Below, piece after piece: positions 7,768 through 15,243 of a stretch of 22,431 nucleotides of DNA; the stretch's first letter is position 1; the number at the start of each line of letters is the position of its first letter. Origin of the DNA: an uncultured Halobacteria archaeon (GTDB lineage: Archaea; Halobacteriota; Syntropharchaeia; Alkanophagales; Methanospirareceae); contig CAYYNW010000011.1 of NCBI GenBank assembly GCA_964473145.1, positions 1-22,431 of the forward strand, given 5' to 3'. The notes beneath the pieces are model-generated. The model ran no database searches, was not told the DNA's origin, and worked only from the letters and a program-made list of their open reading frames with translations. Made by a program: the position numbers and the translations under genes.

Positions 7768-7846
7768 ATTCGCGAAGGACCTGAAAAAGTTGCGTAAAAA
7801 GTTCAGGAACATAGACCGCAAAACCTGCCAAAGCATCCAAAAGTGA
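7742..7846 (+). pseudogene. RelE/ParE-superfamily toxin N-terminal stub (34 codons)
   Basis: MTEFLQVDEFAKDLKKLRKKFRNIDRKTCQSIQK* resembles the N-terminal helix of RelE/HigB-like toxins (F.KDLKKL.KKyrsl..d). It overlaps the upstream gene by 26 nt, as a cognate toxin would. It stops about 60 residues short, just before the trm1 promoter region. Confidence 0.4.
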
Positions 7847-7879
7847 CTTTTAAGTGCGAAAACGTTATTCCACTATCCT

Positions 7880-9004
7880 ATGTTCACCGAACTCACCGAA
7901 GGCACCACCAGGATTTTAGTACCGAAGCAGCACCGTACCCGATCCATGTTCTACAATCCGAAGATGGAGCTCTGCCGCGACATTGACGTCGCGAGCATTG
8001 CCGTTTTCGCCGCCTCGTATCCTTCCCAACCGCTCAGTTATGTCGAAGCCCTTGCCGGCACCGGGGCCCGTGGCGTTCGCGTCGCCAACGAGGTCGGCCT
8101 CCGCGTTACGGTGAACGATCACAGCACGCCCGCCTTTGAGCTGATTCAGCACAATATCGCCTTGAACGGCGTAGAAGCGCGGGCAACGGCATCGCACGAG
8201 AACGCGAACGTGCTCTTACATCGAACTCCGTTTGACCTTGTGGATCTCGACCCCTTCGGCTCGCCCGTGCCATACCTCGATGCCGCTTCGCAGTCGGTAA
8301 AGAAGTTGCTGCTCGTCACGGCGACCGATACCGCGCCGCTCTGCGGGGCGCATACCGGCGGCCTCCGGAACTACGGCGCGCGACCACTGAACACGGAATA
8401 CCACGCGGAGCTGGGCACCCGCGTCCTCCTCGGCGCGGTCACCCGCGAGCTTGCCCGGCATGATAAGGCCGTCCAGCCGCTGCTCTCCTACGCCTCTGCA
8501 CATTTCATCCGGCTCATCATACGCATAGAGCACGGCGCGAAGAAGGCTGATGCGAGCATACAGCGGCTCGGGTTCATCGCGCACTGCTTCGCCTGCGGCC
8601 ATCGATTCGCCTTTCCGTACGCCGAACTGCTGGAGCAGTCCGTGACGACGACCTGCGCGCTCTGCGACCACCGGATGCGGCTCGCAGGTCCGCTGTACCT
8701 GCATCCGCTAAAGGTGCGTGAATTTTGCGAACGCGTGCACGAAGAAGTAGGACGGCGACCGCTGGGCACGAAGCGTGAGGCGTTGAAGATCCTCTTTACG
8801 GCCGGCCGCGAGCTGGACATACCCTTCTTCTACGAGCATCATGCGCTCTGCAAAGCACTGCGCATCCCGCCACCCCCAATCACCGCGCTCATCGACGCGC
8901 TACAGGAACGCGGCTTCTCAGCGAGTAGAACCCAATTCTCCGATACCGGGCTAAAGACGGACGCGCGGCTAGATGAGCTAAAAGCGCTGCTGGATAGGTT
9001 GTAA
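7880..9004 (+). CDS. trm1: tRNA (guanine26-N2)-dimethyltransferase Trm1
   Basis: FYNPKMELCRDI, SAM-site EALAGTGARGVRVANE, the signature DLDPFGSP, and a Cys4 cluster (CFACGH...CALCDH). Confidence 0.92.
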   Translation: MFTELTEGTTRILVPKQHRTRSMFYNPKMELCRDIDVASIAVFAASYPSQPLSYVEALAGTGARGVRVANEVGLRVTVNDHSTPAFELIQHNIALNGVEARATASHENANVLLHRTPFDLVDLDPFGSPVPYLDAASQSVKKLLLVTATDTAPLCGAHTGGLRNYGARPLNTEYHAELGTRVLLGAVTRELARHDKAVQPLLSYASAHFIRLIIRIEHGAKKADASIQRLGFIAHCFACGHRFAFPYAELLEQSVTTTCALCDHRMRLAGPLYLHPLKVREFCERVHEEVGRRPLGTKREALKILFTAGRELDIPFFYEHHALCKALRIPPPPITALIDALQERGFSASRTQFSDTGLKTDARLDELKALLDRL

Positions 9005-9084
9005 CCCGCACTCTATCGATCGATCGGAAAGCTTTTTACAGCCCAGTGCGTTCTACGTAGTAAGGTACGGAGAGGAGGAAGGAG

Positions 9085-9579
9085 ATGAAGGTACCCAATA
9101 CCGGGGAGAATTTGAAGAAGTGCATCTGCCCGAGCTGTCCCAGTTATACCGAGTGCATGAAGAGCGGTATGGAAGGGCTCTTCTGCGCGCGCGGAAAGTC
9201 CGCCTGCGAGCTCGACCGGCTCGGCTGCATCTGCAACCAGTGCCCAATCCAGAGCGAGTATCTGCTCTTCGGCGGCTATTACTGCGCCATGGGGACCGAG
9301 TGGGACGAAGATTTCGGGAAGGCAGTCAGAACGCTGATCGGCACGGCCTTTGTTCCGCTCAAAGTGGCCGCGGAGATCGCGAGCGATTATACCAAGACCC
9401 TTGAGGCCGCCATACCCCAGCCCACCAAGATCGCTTCGTCCATTATCGATATGCGGATCAGCACCCTGAAAACGATCACGAAGGCGATCGAGAAAGAGAC
9501 CGCGCTTCTGGAGCAATACAAGAAGAAGCTCGAAGCAGAAGAGGAGAAGAAGCGGGAAAAGGTAAAAGTAGAGAAATAA
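9085..9579 (+). CDS. Cys-rich DUF2769-like protein with a charged coiled-coil tail
   Basis: KKCICPSCPSYTEC...LFCARGKSAC...LGCICNQCPIQSEY...GGYYCAMG matches my memory of the DUF2769 pattern. The C-terminus is Lys/Glu-rich (YKKKLEAEEEKKREKVKVEK). An aggaggaagga SD lies upstream. Confidence 0.6.
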   Translation: MKVPNTGENLKKCICPSCPSYTECMKSGMEGLFCARGKSACELDRLGCICNQCPIQSEYLLFGGYYCAMGTEWDEDFGKAVRTLIGTAFVPLKVAAEIASDYTKTLEAAIPQPTKIASSIIDMRISTLKTITKAIEKETALLEQYKKKLEAEEEKKREKVKVEK

Positions 9580-9586
9580 AAAGGAG

Positions 9587-9660
9587 TGCCGGGGGCGGGA
9601 TTCGGACCCGCGACCTCAGCATTATGAGTGCCGCGCCCTAACCAACTAGGCCACCCCGGC
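9587..9660 (-). tRNA. tRNA-Met (anticodon CAT), elongator-like
   Basis: The reverse complement folds as a 74-nt cloverleaf: GCCGGGG-TG-GCCT-AGTTGGTTA-GGGC-G-CGGCA-CTCATAA-TGCTG-AGGTC-GCGGG-TCCGAAT-CCCGC-CCCCGGC-A. A CAT anticodon could also belong to tRNA-Ile2, but the acceptor stem looks Met-like. No CCA is encoded. Confidence 0.9.
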
Positions 9661-9672
9661 GTCCGGTTCAGC

Positions 9673-10641
9673 TCAGCTCGCTGTACTCTCCCCGAGCTCA
9701 CGACGCAGATCCCCTATCGTCGCCACGCGTTCCGCGACCGCATCATGCTGATGGATGCTCTCCTCGTTGAGCTGCGTTAAGGTAACGATAGAATCCTCCG
9801 GGAGGTACTGGAACGTCTCCACCACGTGCTTCGCCATTTCGCGCACGCAGTCCTCGACGAACATGGGACGTCGATGCGCGTCAATCACCAGCTTTGCCTC
9901 ATCCGGCCGCTTCAGGAGCTCGTACGTCTTCGCACTCATCGAGCGCTCAATGATCCCGATGATCTTGTCCAGCGGGACTTTGTAATTGCCCTCCACCTCA
10001 ATGGAGATGAAGCCGCGGCCGCGTTGATTATGCGTGGCGAGCGGAATGCTCTCGAGGAACGTGTTCACGTTTTGCTCCGAGACGCCCAGCTTCAGGAGGT
10101 TTTCCGTGGCCTTCTCCCGCATGAGCTCCTGGGCACATGGACACGCGGTCATACCCACGATCTCCGCGCCGATGATCTTCTTGATGCTCACACCGCTCAC
10201 CGGGCTGTCTGGCGGGCAGCGGAAGGCACGCGCCTCCGCAAAGATGGTCGCGGGCTCATGGCAGAGGTTCCGCATCACCGGCGTTCGACGCATCAACATG
10301 TACTCGCTCTTCATCCCCACCTCAGCAACCGTGGCATACTGGTGACGGTCGAGCAATCGCCGCGCTACCTCACTGCAGAGATCCTCGACATCGTAGACCG
10401 GCTTGCTCATCGCCTCATCAAGCACCTCGTACATCGCTTCGAAGTTCCGCGACATGTTCGCGCCTTTAATCTCACCCGGGAGATCGACGAAGATGTGGAA
10501 ATTCGAGACGAGAACGATTGGCCGTTTACCGCCATCACGAGCCACCTCCACCAATTTCTTCACGTTCTTCACGCCCACTCGCGTCAGATTGATCTTGATA
10601 TCAGGGCTGCAGGCTTGCACATCGAGCAGATTCGGCGTCAT
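9673..10641 (-). CDS. mptA: GTP cyclohydrolase MptA (FolE2/DUF198 family, archaeal pterin biosynthesis)
   Basis: 322 aa. The N-terminus [29 protein letters not shown] is typical of MptA/FolE2. Other features are the metal-site segment [10 protein letters not shown] and ATHNQRG. Confidence 0.88.
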   Translation of the reverse strand: MTPNLLDVQACSPDIKINLTRVGVKNVKKLVEVARDGGKRPIVLVSNFHIFVDLPGEIKGANMSRNFEAMYEVLDEAMSKPVYDVEDLCSEVARRLLDRHQYATVAEVGMKSEYMLMRRTPVMRNLCHEPATIFAEARAFRCPPDSPVSGVSIKKIIGAEIVGMTACPCAQELMREKATENLLKLGVSEQNVNTFLESIPLATHNQRGRGFISIEVEGNYKVPLDKIIGIIERSMSAKTYELLKRPDEAKLVIDAHRRPMFVEDCVREMAKHVVETFQYLPEDSIVTLTQLNEESIHQHDAVAERVATIGDLRRELGESTAS

Positions 10642-10860
10642 TCCTCTCGGGTACTATGGGTTCTTGGGCATTCGTATTTAAATAAGATGTAATCGTGCTC
10701 AGCAACGCCTTTGCTGCTCTCTTCACCCTTTCACGTCCCGCGCAGCTCTCGGTGCCCACAGGCGAAAGGCAGAACGAAGTGAGCGGAGTGAGCCGCGGGT
10801 GTACGTACGCGCGTGGCGTGAGTTTATCATGAAGTACCTACCTATATCGAGCGAAGGGAG

Positions 10861-11352
10861 ATGGGCAGAATTCTCGTTGCAGGTCTCGGGAATACCTATA
10901 TGGGCGACGATGGCTTCGGGCCAGCAGTGATCGAAAGACTCCAGAGGAGAGAGCTCCCGGAGAATGTCGAGGTGCGGGATGTCGGCACCTGTGGCGTGAC
11001 GCTGGCGCCCGATCTCGATGAGTACGAACTCGTGATCTTCGTTGATGCGGTCCACCGCGGTGGCAAAGTAGGCACGATCTATCGGAGTGAAATAAAAGCA
11101 GAGGAGGTGAAGGAACTCGAATCTGGAGATCCGATGCGTTCCCTCACCTTCAGCCTCCACGGCACGGGTTTAGAGGAGATCCTCTCCTACGCCAAGACCG
11201 TCGGCACGATCCCGCCGCGGGCCATTGTCTTCGGCTGCGAGATCGCTGAGACCGCGCTGGGCGACGGGCTGAGTGCGGCGGTGGAGGTTGCCGTGCCGAC
11301 TGCGGTGGAGCGGATCCTGGACGAGCTACAGTGGTATGGCGAACGGGAGTAG
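10861..11352 (+). CDS. [NiFe] hydrogenase maturation endopeptidase (HybD/HycI/FrhD family)
   Basis: ILVAGLGNTYMGDDGFGPAV (the GxGNxxxxDDGxG motif), VIFVDAV and FSLHG. An agggag SD precedes the ATG. It lies adjacent to the hydrogenase structural genes. Confidence 0.88.
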   Translation: MGRILVAGLGNTYMGDDGFGPAVIERLQRRELPENVEVRDVGTCGVTLAPDLDEYELVIFVDAVHRGGKVGTIYRSEIKAEEVKELESGDPMRSLTFSLHGTGLEEILSYAKTVGTIPPRAIVFGCEIAETALGDGLSAAVEVAVPTAVERILDELQWYGERE

Positions 11353-13152
11353 CTCGTGCTTCACGACGTGCTCCCCGATGTGCACAGCCACGGCGCACCC
11401 GAGACATGGATCGAAGCTCCGGATCGTCCGAACGACATCGATCCCTTTCCAGCCTTCCGCGTTACCCGCTTCGGTTACCGGTGAGTTGATCAGCGCCTCC
11501 TCGTATGCCCCCGGCTTCCCCGCTGGATCCCTGCACGACGCGTTCCACGTCGTCGGGGCATGATACTGGTAGTTGTAGGTCTTCCCGTCCTTCATTACGC
11601 ACCAGTGCGTGCAGGCTCCGCGCATCCCCTCGCTCGCACCGAACCCCATTCCTTCCTGGGGCTTCTCGTAGGGCGTCCATACCGCGGTCTTCCCCGCTTT
11701 CATCAGCGCGAGTGACTTCAGCGTCAGGTTGATCATGGCATGGGCGGAATACGCGTGGAAGTATGCACGTGCTCTGATTCGCTCGGCCGCATTGGGCTGC
11801 TTCGGGATCTTCCACTCGAAGGCCATCTGGTCCGCGTACTTGAAGCCCGGTATCAGTGCCTTCGGCAGCTCGAACTTGAGGCTGGTGCCGGTCGCTTCGG
11901 GCACCAATTTCGCCTTCGCGGTTACCCACAGCCGTGCGAGCGGGCCCACTTCGATGACATGATCCTTCTTATCGCCCTTCCAGTTCCACCAGCGTGGTGC
12001 AGTCACCCAGGAGTACTTCGAGCCCCATTTGCCGTATTCGCCCGGCTGCGGGAGTGTACGCTTGTTCCACGGATGCTCGTAGGCCAGTTCATTGCCCACC
12101 GGGTCAGTCTTCACTTCTTGCTCCCACTCGCTGGAGTACCAACTGCTGCCGATGTATTCGCGAATACCAACGTTGTACTCGATGAGATCGGTGGTCACCA
12201 GCTCGCCATTGAGAATGATACCAGGCGAGAGCATTCGCTTACGGCCCCACGCGGCCATCTCCGCGTAGTTCGCGGAATACGCCTCCGGATCATTGTACGC
12301 GCCAACGGAGCCGAAATTGAGCGGCCTCGCACCGACCTCCGCGTAGCCCTGCGCGAGCACGAAATCGACCAGATCATCCGTCACGGCGACCAGCTCCTTG
12401 GTAAAGGCCACGTGCCGCATGAGCAGCGTGAGATAAGCCTCAATGTCCGAAGCCGAGAGGCCCCACTTCGCTATGCCGCCAGGGACGAAGGAATGGACGT
12501 GCGGGTGCTTGGCACCGAAGATCGCGGCCATATTGTGCCCGGCTTTCTGCACGAGGATCGATCGCAGATAGAGCTCGCCGGCGAGCGGATTGAGCGCGGT
12601 CATGATATCGGCGATGGTTGAGAAGCCGTGCACCGCCTTCCGCTCGGCCTTTGTCGCCTGCGCCTCTTTCCACCAGTCGGGATTGAACTTCTTCACGGCT
12701 ACCTCGCTGTAATCCGGCCCTTCGAGGTTGAGAATACCCACTTCGGCATCGTAGAGGTGCTCCGCACCGAGGACGAGATCACGGAGCGCGACGCCCATGG
12801 GCGGTGGTGAGACACCGTAGGTCTGGTCGCACGCGTTAACCGAGGACGTCGCATGCGGTAAAGGACAGACACCACAGCACCGCTGGGTAATCATGACCGC
12901 CTCCGATGGCTCTCTGCCCACGCAGATAATCTCGAAGCCGCGGAACATTGGGCTATACGCATAGGCATCGCTGATCTTCCGCGCGCCCGTATCGATCTTG
13001 ACATGGACACCCATATGTCCCTCTATCCTCGTAACGGGCTCGATGGTGAGTTCACGCTGTTTGCCCGACGCTGCTGGCGCTGCTGTAGCTGCTGTAGCTG
13101 CCGGTTCTTCCACCTTCTTTCCCCCTATTATCTTCTCCCACAGTTTCGTCAT
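11326..13152 (-). CDS. [NiFe] hydrogenase large subunit
   Basis: N-terminal Ni-binding motifs PVTRIEGH and QRCCGVCPLPH. The C-terminal motif is SFDPCLGCAVAVH, followed by a 17-aa tail. The start is set at ATG 13150-13152, which lies 1 nt after the small-subunit stop and has agaggaag upstream. This replaces the overlapping Arg/Lys-rich extension that runs to 13197. Confidence 0.93.
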   Translation of the reverse strand: MTKLWEKIIGGKKVEEPAATAATAAPAASGKQRELTIEPVTRIEGHMGVHVKIDTGARKISDAYAYSPMFRGFEIICVGREPSEAVMITQRCCGVCPLPHATSSVNACDQTYGVSPPPMGVALRDLVLGAEHLYDAEVGILNLEGPDYSEVAVKKFNPDWWKEAQATKAERKAVHGFSTIADIMTALNPLAGELYLRSILVQKAGHNMAAIFGAKHPHVHSFVPGGIAKWGLSASDIEAYLTLLMRHVAFTKELVAVTDDLVDFVLAQGYAEVGARPLNFGSVGAYNDPEAYSANYAEMAAWGRKRMLSPGIILNGELVTTDLIEYNVGIREYIGSSWYSSEWEQEVKTDPVGNELAYEHPWNKRTLPQPGEYGKWGSKYSWVTAPRWWNWKGDKKDHVIEVGPLARLWVTAKAKLVPEATGTSLKFELPKALIPGFKYADQMAFEWKIPKQPNAAERIRARAYFHAYSAHAMINLTLKSLALMKAGKTAVWTPYEKPQEGMGFGASEGMRGACTHWCVMKDGKTYNYQYHAPTTWNASCRDPAGKPGAYEEALINSPVTEAGNAEGWKGIDVVRTIRSFDPCLGCAVAVHIGEHVVKHELLPFAIPL

Positions 13153-13153
13153 C

Positions 13154-14179
13154 TTAGATCTTCCTCTTCTTATCTTTCTCCGCTTCCATCTGCTCATCGA
13201 GCGCCGTGATGAATTCGGGGAGCTGAGGCAGAAGCGATTCGATCACGGGCTTCAATCGCTCAAACCCCATCTCGGCATGCGCAATCATGCCCTTAATGTT
13301 CTCCAGGATGAAGGGCATAGCCGGTGCCTTGGCGAAGAACGGTGAGGTCGGCGCATCGGGGAAGTCGGGGTGTGTACAGCCGAAACAGGGGACACCTGTT
13401 CCCGTACAGCCACCAAATCCATCGGCCCACATCGTATTGTTGCAGTTCGTGATGATGCCCTTGCAGCCGAGTGCACCGAGACAGCCCGCGTCACCAAAAG
13501 CATGGGCGTCGATACCCTCAGCATAGAACCCGCAGATCGGACAGAGTTCGTGCATTGTATGGCCGAAGAAATCAACCGGCCGGTGCCATTCATCGAGCTC
13601 CGGGAGCGGCGCTATCCCGCGTGCCGCGAGTACCGCCTGGCCTAAGATCTGGATGATATTATCCGGCCTTGGCGGACACCCGGGGATGCAGATGACCGGG
13701 AGACCCAGCGCACCCTTCCACTCACGCCCTAAATACTCCAAAAGCCCCTGCGCACCCGTTGGATTGGGGATTCCATGCGGAATGCCGCCATACGAGGCGC
13801 ACGACCCGATAGAAACTGCGGCTGCACAGCGATCAGCGAGCTTCTTCACGATATCGCTCAACTTGATTAGCCCTTCCTTATATTCGCCAACGACGCAGAA
13901 AACTCCGGGCGCCGCCGCGGCCTCATCAGGAATGGCGCCTTCGAGGATCAGAACGAAGGGATCGTACTTCCCCTCCGCGGCATCAACGAGCACCTTCGAG
14001 GCATCGTCGCCCCACTCGAACATGAGCGTCGGATGGTAGACGAGTTTCAACCCGTCAAGTCCGGGAATCGCCCCTGTTAAGACATCAATAAGCGTGGGGG
14101 AGCTTGCTTGCTTGACCGAAATAGTACAACCAGCACAGTCCTGCCCTTCGAGCCAGATTAGGTTTAACTCTTCACTCAT
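13154..14179 (-). CDS. [NiFe] hydrogenase small subunit (no Tat signal)
   Basis: MSEELNLIWLEGQDCAGCTIS, GSCASYGG and IPGCPPRPD mark the proximal cluster. HELCPICG, GCLGALGCKG, TNCNN and GGCTGTGVPCFGCT mark the medial and distal clusters. The start is set at ATG 14177-14179, with a GGAGGT SD 8 nt upstream. Confidence 0.9.
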   Translation of the reverse strand: MSEELNLIWLEGQDCAGCTISVKQASSPTLIDVLTGAIPGLDGLKLVYHPTLMFEWGDDASKVLVDAAEGKYDPFVLILEGAIPDEAAAAPGVFCVVGEYKEGLIKLSDIVKKLADRCAAAVSIGSCASYGGIPHGIPNPTGAQGLLEYLGREWKGALGLPVICIPGCPPRPDNIIQILGQAVLAARGIAPLPELDEWHRPVDFFGHTMHELCPICGFYAEGIDAHAFGDAGCLGALGCKGIITNCNNTMWADGFGGCTGTGVPCFGCTHPDFPDAPTSPFFAKAPAMPFILENIKGMIAHAEMGFERLKPVIESLLPQLPEFITALDEQMEAEKDKKRKI

Positions 14180-14182
14180 CTT

Positions 14183-14232
14183 AGCTATACCTCCAAGTAG
14201 CTTATACCTCCAAATTGGTTCTAGTACCTCCA
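14183..14232 (-). repeat. Three copies of TGGAGGTA (SD-like) in the hydrogenase promoter-proximal/leader region
   Basis: The plus-strand sequence tacctcca occurs at 14188-14195, 14205-14212 and 14225-14232. The two proximal copies sit in an imperfect 17-nt tandem unit on the minus strand (TTGGAGGTATAAGCTAC / TTGGAGGTATAGCTAAG). Confidence 0.7.
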
Positions 14233-14234
14233 CC

Positions 14235-14242
14235 CATATAAG
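14235..14242 (-). promoter_or_regulatory. BRE/TATA-like promoter element for the hydrogenase operon
   Basis: The minus strand reads cgaaaag-cttatatg, about 60 nt upstream of the small-subunit ATG. Confidence 0.35.
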
Positions 14243-14410
14243 CTTTTCGAAATTACGCGCGCCTGCCCCTCTGAGGGTAGGATACCACCCCCCCAGGCGA
14301 CCGCTCCTAGGGTTCATTACGGCCGGAGAGCTTCAGTCGTGGGCGAGTGAGGAAGAGAAGTGGCGACGCGGGAAGAGGGGGATGGGGGAGCGCGCGAAAA
14401 AATAGAAAAG

Positions 14411-14418
14411 TTTATATG
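14411..14418 (+). promoter_or_regulatory. BRE/TATA-like promoter element for metV-metF
   Basis: agaaaag-tttatatg lies about 45 nt upstream of the metV ATG. A ggaggt SD at 14448-14453 lies downstream of the predicted TSS. Confidence 0.4.
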
Positions 14419-14460
14419 TGGACCGAGTAGAACCTAGAGTATACACGGAGGTATTATGAC

Positions 14461-15231
14461 ATGATTGCGCAAGAGCAAAAGCCTATGGAAGAGATTCTGG
14501 GATACCTGGAGGGGAAAAAGAATATTTTCATCCTGGGTTGCGGCGGCTGTGCTACCTTCTATCATACCGGTGACAAGAAGGCGGTCAATGATATGGCGGC
14601 GAAACTGGAGAAGGAAGGGAAGACGGTTACCAAAATCGCTCTGCCGTTCGGGATGCAAGCCTGCGATACTGAGAAAAGCGGGATGTATCTGGAACAGGCC
14701 AAAAAGGCCGTTGAGGGCTCTAATGCTATCTTAGTGATGAGCTGCGGTGATGGTGTGCAGGTCGTGACCGATTTCACGGAGAAGGAGATGGGTATCCTGA
14801 AGCCGGTCTATCCGGCAAATAACGCACTCGGGCTGGTCGGCGGCGGCCCGACGAAGTTCAAGGAGACCTGTCTCTCCTGTGGCATGTGTGAACTGGGCAA
14901 GACCGCGGGTATCTGCCCGTTGACCTCGTGCGGCAAAGGCTTAATGAATGGGCCGTGCGGCGGTGTGCGGGTCGATAACAAGTGCGAGATCGATCCGGAG
15001 AAGGAGTGCGCCTGGGTTCGGATCTATGAGCGGATGGAGAAGCTGGGCGAACTCGACAAGTTCATCGAGATGCGCGCTCCCCATGAGTGGAGTAAGTGTC
15101 TGAGGCCACGGCTGTACTCGATCGAAGAGCCGCTCACCATGACAGACATGATGGGCTGCATGCTCAACTGGAACACCATGAAGGGCTACATGTCGTTGAT
15201 GTTTGCGAAGAAGCCGGAAGAGGAGAAATAG
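14461..15231 (+). CDS. metV: MetV-like protein (methylenetetrahydrofolate reductase C-terminal-domain family, Cys-rich)
   Basis: CLSCGMCELGKTAGICPLTSCGKGLMNGPCGGVRVDNKCEIDPEKECAWVRIYERM matches the MTHFR_C / MetV Cys pattern. It lies immediately upstream of metF. Confidence 0.8.
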   Translation: MIAQEQKPMEEILGYLEGKKNIFILGCGGCATFYHTGDKKAVNDMAAKLEKEGKTVTKIALPFGMQACDTEKSGMYLEQAKKAVEGSNAILVMSCGDGVQVVTDFTEKEMGILKPVYPANNALGLVGGGPTKFKETCLSCGMCELGKTAGICPLTSCGKGLMNGPCGGVRVDNKCEIDPEKECAWVRIYERMEKLGELDKFIEMRAPHEWSKCLRPRLYSIEEPLTMTDMMGCMLNWNTMKGYMSLMFAKKPEEEK

Positions 15232-15243
15232 AGGAGGAGAAAG

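Noticed and set aside
10642-10860. The palindromic tatttaaata (10673-10682) and the small hairpin cagcaa-cgcct-ttgctg in the mptA/protease intergenic region, considered as regulatory elements
   Set aside because: The TATA-like palindrome is plausibly the mptA promoter, but its orientation and use are ambiguous. The hairpin has only a 6-bp stem. Neither is strong enough to annotate.
13153-13197. The upstream start of the large-subunit ORF (MSRWKRRKIRRGRSK...)
   Set aside because: It overlaps the small-subunit 3' end and is a basic, low-information sequence. ATG 13152 lies 1 nt after the small-subunit stop and has an RBS-like agaggaag upstream.
14180-14317. The 46-codon N-terminal extension of the small-subunit ORF (MNPRSGRLGGWYPTLRGAGARNF...), considered as a possible Tat signal peptide
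   Set aside because: It has no RRxFxK motif or hydrophobic h-region. The segment contains the TATA-like element and the SD repeats. A strong GGAGGT SD serves the internal ATG at 14179.
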